Assembly: GCA_964612665.1 (NCBI GenBank) | Contig: CAZTCI010000003.1 | Span: forward strand, 128,969-192,968 | Direction: 5' to 3' | DNA: 64,000 bases | Source: an uncultured Planctomycetales bacterium | Lineage (GTDB): Bacteria > Omnitrophota > Gorgyraeia > Zapsychrales > JAHFFX01 | Part shown: positions 59,188 to 64,000 of the stretch, in pieces | Layout: every line of letters starts with the position of its first letter | How positions within the stretch are numbered: position 1 is the stretch's first letter | The notes under the pieces: model-generated | Databases searched by the model: none | Told to the model about the DNA's origin: nothing | The model's input: only the letters and a program-made list of their open reading frames with translations | Position numbers and translations under genes: made by a program

Positions 59188-61389
59188 TCACACTTTCTGA
59201 GCGATAGTCGAGGATAAAAGATAATGACAATACGCCAGCGTCATGCCAAATAAGCTCCAGAACAAAATCGCATGATACGGCACTTCTAAAATCACACTCA
59301 CGTTAGCCATGGCCATCCAATAAATCAAAGCGCCCGTCAACAAAATACCCGGCACTGATTTTAAACGTATAAAATTCTTAATCATATAAACGAGAACAAC
59401 CAACACGGTAATAATAAAAGCTATACTTATTAAACCAGCCCGATAAATCATATCAAAAAAAGCATTATGCATCTCAATCCAGCCATCGCGCCTCCATTCG
59501 CCTTCAGCCCACGAAAGAATTTCCAGCCGTTTTGAGCGAAACGGCTTTCCAAAATTAAAACCGACAAACGGCTTCTCTTTAATCAGGTCATCCCAAATAT
59601 CCTGCCAAATAAAAACGCGAAAAAGACTATTGCCGATGGCCGCTTCTTCGCTTCTTTTTCGAACAAGAATAGTTCCAATCACCCACCCAGCCGTTTCGTC
59701 ATCTCTAAGGTAAAGTACTTTCCTTAGTTTTATAGGAAGCAGACCTTTTTCTTCCGTGTTTTTTAGATTAAAACGATTTTCAAGCTCTTCCGTTATTTGA
59801 TTTCTCGCCTCATCAGAACCACTGACGAGTCTGGATTCCAAATTCTTGTCGAGATTATAACGTTTAATAAGATCTTTGATTATTCTTAGCTTTATCTGCA
59901 ATGCTTTAATATCATCGCTGGATAAGCCGCTGGGAGGATTTTGAATATTATCTGTTAAATAAAGATCCGGTCTTAGCGTCGGAATCTTTCCAGCCAGGGT
60001 AGTTAGCTTTTCCATTAATTCGGGCGAAATGGTTGAAATATCTATATTAATTGTTTTCAGAAATGCTGGTTGATTATTTATGGATTGATTTGGAACAGCT
60101 CTGGGCGGAAGAATTTCATGCATTGTTGTTTGGGTTTTAACTTTCTCTAACGTATGGTTGGACGTCGCGGTCTTAACGGGCGTCGTCTGATTTTTTTGGT
60201 CTTTTGCATGGGAGGGATTGACGGGGCTAGCAACATAAGCCGTTGTCTTGTGATTTGTTGCTTCAAGAGCAATCTTTGTCTCATTAGATCGCTCTTTGAT
60301 ATGAATTGGATTGACAGGGGTCTTTACATCAGTCGTTGTTTGATGATTCACTGCTCCGAGCGCAATCTTTGTCTCATCGGATTTAGTTATTTCTTTTCTT
60401 TTTTGCGTTGTATCGACAGCATTAACGGACTCGGTTTCTGGTTTCGATAAAGTTGTCTTTTGTTGTTGGGAATAGACATTTGTTAAAAACTGATTTTGGG
60501 CATCCTTTACGGCCTGGGTCTTTTCTTTATTGTAAAGTTTGACTTCCTTTAATGGCTTAAAATGAAATGTGGGCAAATCAGCTTGGATTTTTTGATTATT
60601 AACGTCATATTCGGCTTTTGTTTTATCGATTTTAAACAAAGAATTAAGATTACTTTTATTCTCAAGAAAAAATAAACTCACCACAAAAGCCCCAAGCAAA
60701 GACAATCCAATCACAATTTTAAGTCTGGGGTCGCATTTTAAAATAATCGAAAAAGCAATAAAAAGATATAGACTCGTAAGCATGATAGCAACCAGTTCTG
60801 TTCTTGATACCAATACAAAATGTTTATACGGAAGGACGACCAAAAGGATTAATGCCGCGATCAGCTTAAATCTCTTCTCAGGATGCGTCAGAATAAGAAC
60901 ACCCGTCAAAAAGAACCCCAGCAGAAAATCCGGCCGCAGAAAGGCGTCCAGTTTAAATGTGATCATCATCAAAAGCACGAGTCCCGCTTTTTTCCAAGAG
61001 GTAAAAAAGCGGTGATTAAAAAAAGCATAGCCTAAGACGGCAAATAAAGAATAATAAAACAACGCCGCGTGCCGAAAGGCCAATGGTCCAAAAAGATGAC
61101 AGCCCCATAAAGCCTTTAGCCCAATAAACGCTATCCAAGTTAAAATACTAATCTGAAAAACTGGAGCGATCTTTCTTAAATTTTCTTGGCGATTTAGAAA
61201 AAACAGAATTAGACAGATGCCCAGCAGAATCTCTCCAATAAAAATTGGGAATCCAAACCCTGGAATGACAATACTTTTCTCGGCAAAATAACGGCTCCAA
61301 ACAAAATAACAATAAGACGCCAAGCCTATCAAGATCAATCCCAGGTCGTTGGTTGTTAAAGAAAAACGCTTGAAGTATTCACTCATCAT
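59188..61389 (-). CDS. Large Wzy/WaaL-like polytopic membrane protein with a repeat-containing periplasmic loop
   Basis: The 733-aa protein has TM bundles at both ends. A hydrophilic central region contains two tandem copies of about 31 aa, ETKIAL(G/E)A(V/T)NH(Q/K)TT...PVNP. Confidence 0.5.
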   Translation of the reverse strand: MMSEYFKRFSLTTNDLGLILIGLASYCYFVWSRYFAEKSIVIPGFGFPIFIGEILLGICLILFFLNRQENLRKIAPVFQISILTWIAFIGLKALWGCHLFGPLAFRHAALFYYSLFAVLGYAFFNHRFFTSWKKAGLVLLMMITFKLDAFLRPDFLLGFFLTGVLILTHPEKRFKLIAALILLVVLPYKHFVLVSRTELVAIMLTSLYLFIAFSIILKCDPRLKIVIGLSLLGAFVVSLFFLENKSNLNSLFKIDKTKAEYDVNNQKIQADLPTFHFKPLKEVKLYNKEKTQAVKDAQNQFLTNVYSQQQKTTLSKPETESVNAVDTTQKRKEITKSDETKIALGAVNHQTTTDVKTPVNPIHIKERSNETKIALEATNHKTTAYVASPVNPSHAKDQKNQTTPVKTATSNHTLEKVKTQTTMHEILPPRAVPNQSINNQPAFLKTINIDISTISPELMEKLTTLAGKIPTLRPDLYLTDNIQNPPSGLSSDDIKALQIKLRIIKDLIKRYNLDKNLESRLVSGSDEARNQITEELENRFNLKNTEEKGLLPIKLRKVLYLRDDETAGWVIGTILVRKRSEEAAIGNSLFRVFIWQDIWDDLIKEKPFVGFNFGKPFRSKRLEILSWAEGEWRRDGWIEMHNAFFDMIYRAGLISIAFIITVLVVLVYMIKNFIRLKSVPGILLTGALIYWMAMANVSVILEVPYHAILFWSLFGMTLAYCHYLLSSTIAQKV
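60190..60400. repeat. In-frame tandem repeat of about 93 bp, two copies, inside the Wzy-like gene
   Basis: Direct DNA repeats (ttgacrggg...caatctttgtctcat...) encode the duplicated 31-aa peptide. Confidence 0.6.
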
Positions 61390-61417
61390 AGTTAATTAAA
61401 ACTGTGCGATTGATTTT

Positions 61418-62503
61418 TTATCCCAGGGACAAAGCGCCCAATGAATTTTGAAATTTGGGATTATTGAAAAAATAAACTTTCAGAATCTTTCTATAAAACT
61501 TGGAATCAAAAACTAAGCCGGGATACTTCAAAAAGATTTTCAAGGCAGAAATCATGCTGAAGCACTTGGTCGTCTTAAAAAGCACCGGCACATAAAAAAG
61601 TTTCATCCGCTCTATCGTCCGTCGGACAATCGGTGATGAATAATCGCTGCCCATGTAGGCTTTAATGTATTCATCAAAGAGCCGGAAGACTTGTTTACAA
61701 TCGGCCGCGGATTGTTGAGGCTGATATTCCAACATGCGTAAAATAATTTTGGTCTCTTGAGATTGAACTGCTGGTAAATACGTTTGGATTTTTTTAAGAC
61801 TGACTTCTTGTCTGGCATCTATCTGTCTTCGGTTATCAAGACGGGAATCAGAACGTTCTAGTATACGATACTGTAATAAAACTCTTCCAATATTAGCAAA
61901 TTGATGTTTCGGTAAAATCCTGGACCATAATTCGTAATCCTGAGGAAAACCGCTGCCTTGACCGTTCATCTCATCGTAAAGCCCAACCTCTTTAAAAACT
62001 GACCGCCGTATCAAAACACTCGGGTGAGTGATACACCAAAAAGAAAGATCACCGCACGCGGCCATGAAACATTTGATTTCCAAAGGATCAACCGGCACTT
62101 TAAAAACGCTTAGCGGCTGCCCAGACTCATTCATGTCCAAACGCCATGTCCCGACGACCGCGGCCGTGGGATGCGCGTCCAAAAAATCACGCTGTAGTTC
62201 CAAACGCTCCGGCAAAGACACATCATCAGCGTCCATACGCGCGATATAAGTCCCGCGGCTGGCCCGAATCCCGATGTTTAATGATTTCGTTTGGCCAAAA
62301 TTTTTTTCGTTCTTCAGTGAAACAATACGGTCGTCCAGAAATGAGGCAATGATATCTTCTGTTGCGTCACTGCTGGCATCATTAACAATGATGAATTCAA
62401 AATCAGTAAAAGTTTGATTCAAAATGCTTTCAATCGCTTCTCTAAGATATTTTTCCCCGTTAAAAACGGTCATGACAACGCTTATTTTGGGATTATTTAT
62501 CAT
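61418..62503 (-). CDS. Glycosyltransferase family 2
   Basis: The GT-A N-terminal motif ISVVMTVFNGEKYL is present, with a DxD-type motif RMDADD. Confidence 0.85.
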   Translation of the reverse strand: MINNPKISVVMTVFNGEKYLREAIESILNQTFTDFEFIIVNDASSDATEDIIASFLDDRIVSLKNEKNFGQTKSLNIGIRASRGTYIARMDADDVSLPERLELQRDFLDAHPTAAVVGTWRLDMNESGQPLSVFKVPVDPLEIKCFMAACGDLSFWCITHPSVLIRRSVFKEVGLYDEMNGQGSGFPQDYELWSRILPKHQFANIGRVLLQYRILERSDSRLDNRRQIDARQEVSLKKIQTYLPAVQSQETKIILRMLEYQPQQSAADCKQVFRLFDEYIKAYMGSDYSSPIVRRTIERMKLFYVPVLFKTTKCFSMISALKIFLKYPGLVFDSKFYRKILKVYFFNNPKFQNSLGALSLG

Positions 62504-62537
62504 GCGCTTCGGAGAGTTTAGAATCTAAAACGATTCT

Positions 62538-63323
62538 TTACTTTAAGTCTTTGATCAAGAATGCCTGGCCCGAAGGAAGAGGGATTAAAAATCCGCCGCC
62601 GATTTCCGCAAGATGTTGATCGACAGCCTTTTTCGCGCCGGGGAATTGCATACAACCGTAATCATCGAAAACCATAACGCCGTGCTTCACAAGCCGCGGA
62701 TAAAAAAACTTGATCGAATCATAAATCGGTTGATAAAGATCAACATCAACATGAACAAAAGAAAATTTTTTATTCTGAACGTCAGGAAATTTAGTTGGAA
62801 TCCACCCTTTATGATATTGGATAAAGTTAAACTCACATAAATTTTGACTGACAATTTCAAGTGGACAAGCGTATTCCTTGCGCAAAGTTTCATTATTTTG
62901 ACGACGATCATGAGGCACATCAACAGGCAAAAGTTCTGACAATCCTTCGAAGGAATCAAAAATATGAAAAATGATTTTTCTGTTCAGCGTTTTGATATGA
63001 GTGGCAATTTGGTAAGCGGATAAACCCCGGCGGCAACCGAGCTCGCAGACCTCTCCATCATTTAAATTCGTGTTCCATAAAAGATAATTGAGCGTGTAAT
63101 GACGCTGGCGGCGGATCGGATGGTCAGTGTCCCGCATCTGCGTTTTATTCTGTGCAAACTCATACAGATCATGAAATTTTTCATCGATTTCAAAATAAGT
63201 TTGTGCAATCTGTTCTTGCCCCGGCCAACAAGGCCATCGGGTATCGCGGTTATTATATTTTCTTATTCGGGTTAACTGATAACCGGTTGTGCTGATGGCC
63301 TGCTGAATCAACTGCTTTAACAT
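62538..63323 (-). CDS. TylF/MycF-family (macrocin-type) sugar O-methyltransferase
   Basis: The C-terminal block VMVFDDYGCMQFPGAKKAVD is typical of the TylF family. Confidence 0.8.
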   Translation of the reverse strand: MLKQLIQQAISTTGYQLTRIRKYNNRDTRWPCWPGQEQIAQTYFEIDEKFHDLYEFAQNKTQMRDTDHPIRRQRHYTLNYLLWNTNLNDGEVCELGCRRGLSAYQIATHIKTLNRKIIFHIFDSFEGLSELLPVDVPHDRRQNNETLRKEYACPLEIVSQNLCEFNFIQYHKGWIPTKFPDVQNKKFSFVHVDVDLYQPIYDSIKFFYPRLVKHGVMVFDDYGCMQFPGAKKAVDQHLAEIGGGFLIPLPSGQAFLIKDLK

Positions 63324-63331
63324 GCTTCCCC

Positions 63332-64000
63332 CTAGGTTAATGAAAGCGTTATGGTTTCTCTATTATCTGCAAGTTTGTTAACAGCTTGATAGAAATTATC
63401 GTAGTATTGTTTAGGATCCGGATAAATCGACAAATAATCGGACATGACTTTCCGGTATTCAAGAACATCAACGGATCTTTTGCCAGCCATGATTTCATTG
63501 ACGACAGACAACAACTTCTCGGCACTGTTTACATAAATCGGAATCCGGCTGATTCCAGAGAGAGGACACAAGTCCACAATCTCATAAAGGTTCGGCACAA
63601 TAACTGGGATTTCATGATGAACCGCCCAAAACACCGACGAGGATTCTTTAACCATCATCACGCTTGATTCCGGCACAATCTCCTGCAGATCGCGGGTGGT
63701 CAGTTCAAAATTCTTCTCATTGAATTTCAAACCGATTCTGTCAATTGTCTTTTGAAGCGGATCGCACGGATGGCCTTTAAGCAAAATTTTATAATTCAAC
63801 GTCTGATTGTTAAACGCATCATGAAGCAAACGTAACATTTCAATATTCTCAAAAGGCGACAGTGAAAAGGCGACAACAATATGGCGTTTTTTACTGCGCG
63901 TTTCGGTTTCCGCTCCCTCTTTTCTTAAAAGAGCCTGATAACGGAATCCGCCGAGGATGAAAACATCGCTTTCTTTCCAGCCGTTGTTAAGAAAAAGTCT
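63332..64000 (-). CDS. Polysaccharide biosynthesis protein, partial; possibly capsule/teichoic-type transferase-like
   Basis: The reading frame stays open upstream of the annotated Met through the window end (...KRHIVVAFSLSPFENIEMLRLL...). There is no confident family assignment. Confidence 0.35.
   Translation of the reverse strand, partial: RLFLNNGWKESDVFILGGFRYQALLRKEGAETETRSKKRHIVVAFSLSPFENIEMLRLLHDAFNNQTLNYKILLKGHPCDPLQKTIDRIGLKFNEKNFELTTRDLQEIVPESSVMMVKESSSVFWAVHHEIPVIVPNLYEIVDLCPLSGISRIPIYVNSAEKLLSVVNEIMAGKRSVDVLEYRKVMSDYLSIYPDPKQYYDNFYQAVNKLADNRETITLSLT

Noticed and set aside
60154-60450. Repetitive Cys-rich plus-strand ORF that looks like a CRISPR-like or repeat protein
   Set aside because: It is the antisense reading of the in-frame tandem repeat in the Wzy-like gene. 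There are only two imperfect 93-bp units with no spacers, so it is not a CRISPR array.

Overview
This 64-kb window is a chromosomal segment of an unidentified bacterium with moderate GC and a mixed housekeeping and accessory gene set. It holds about 70 genes, and all but two (a gspA/gspB-like pair) are on the minus strand. No CRISPR arrays, transposases or integrases were recognised.

Positions 1–38 kb are mostly housekeeping:
- aspS (partial) and hisS, HU, dnaE.
- guaA with an IMPDH-family gene.
- groES–groEL with a clear CIRCE operator.
- coaX, uvrB and an SplB-like radical-SAM photolyase in one operon.
- rluA, a MazG-like gene, aroB, an M50 protease, SH3 and SPOR proteins.
- thiE, gmhA with the rfaE adenylyltransferase domain, pfk.
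- Asp23 family genes, accC, accB, efp, pepP and aroQ.
- a tRNA-Gly(CCC).

Interspersed among these are c-di-GMP genes (two PilZ genes flanking a small zinc-ribbon gene, and a GAF–HD-GYP gene). The HD-GYP gene ends a tightly overlapping five-gene operon: AAA ATPase, metallophosphoesterase, HIT, dGTPase-like, HD-GYP.

Positions 39–64 kb form a co-directional surface-glycan or O-antigen-like island of about 25 kb. Its contents are:
- three Wzy/WaaL-like membrane proteins, one with an in-frame tandem repeat.
- a Wzx flippase and an initiating sugar-phosphate transferase.
- five or more glycosyltransferases.
- a DegT aminotransferase with a cupin.
- a UDP-sulfoquinovose synthase (SqdB/SQD1) homolog.
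- a radical SAM/SPASM enzyme.
- four methyltransferases and an SGNH hydrolase.
- an NDP-sugar pyrophosphorylase with an epimerase/dehydratase.

Non-coding signals worth a second look:
- a family of CAAAT/ATTTG-rich imperfect palindromic intergenic repeats at three loci.
- a 70-bp near-perfect palindrome plus a second hairpin between thiE and tRNA-Gly.
- a 16-bp perfect inverted repeat in the divergent PilZ / gspA control region.
- a GC-rich structured leader upstream of gmhA.

CDS coordinates come from the supplied ORF track. Coordinates of features I derived myself may be off by a base or two.
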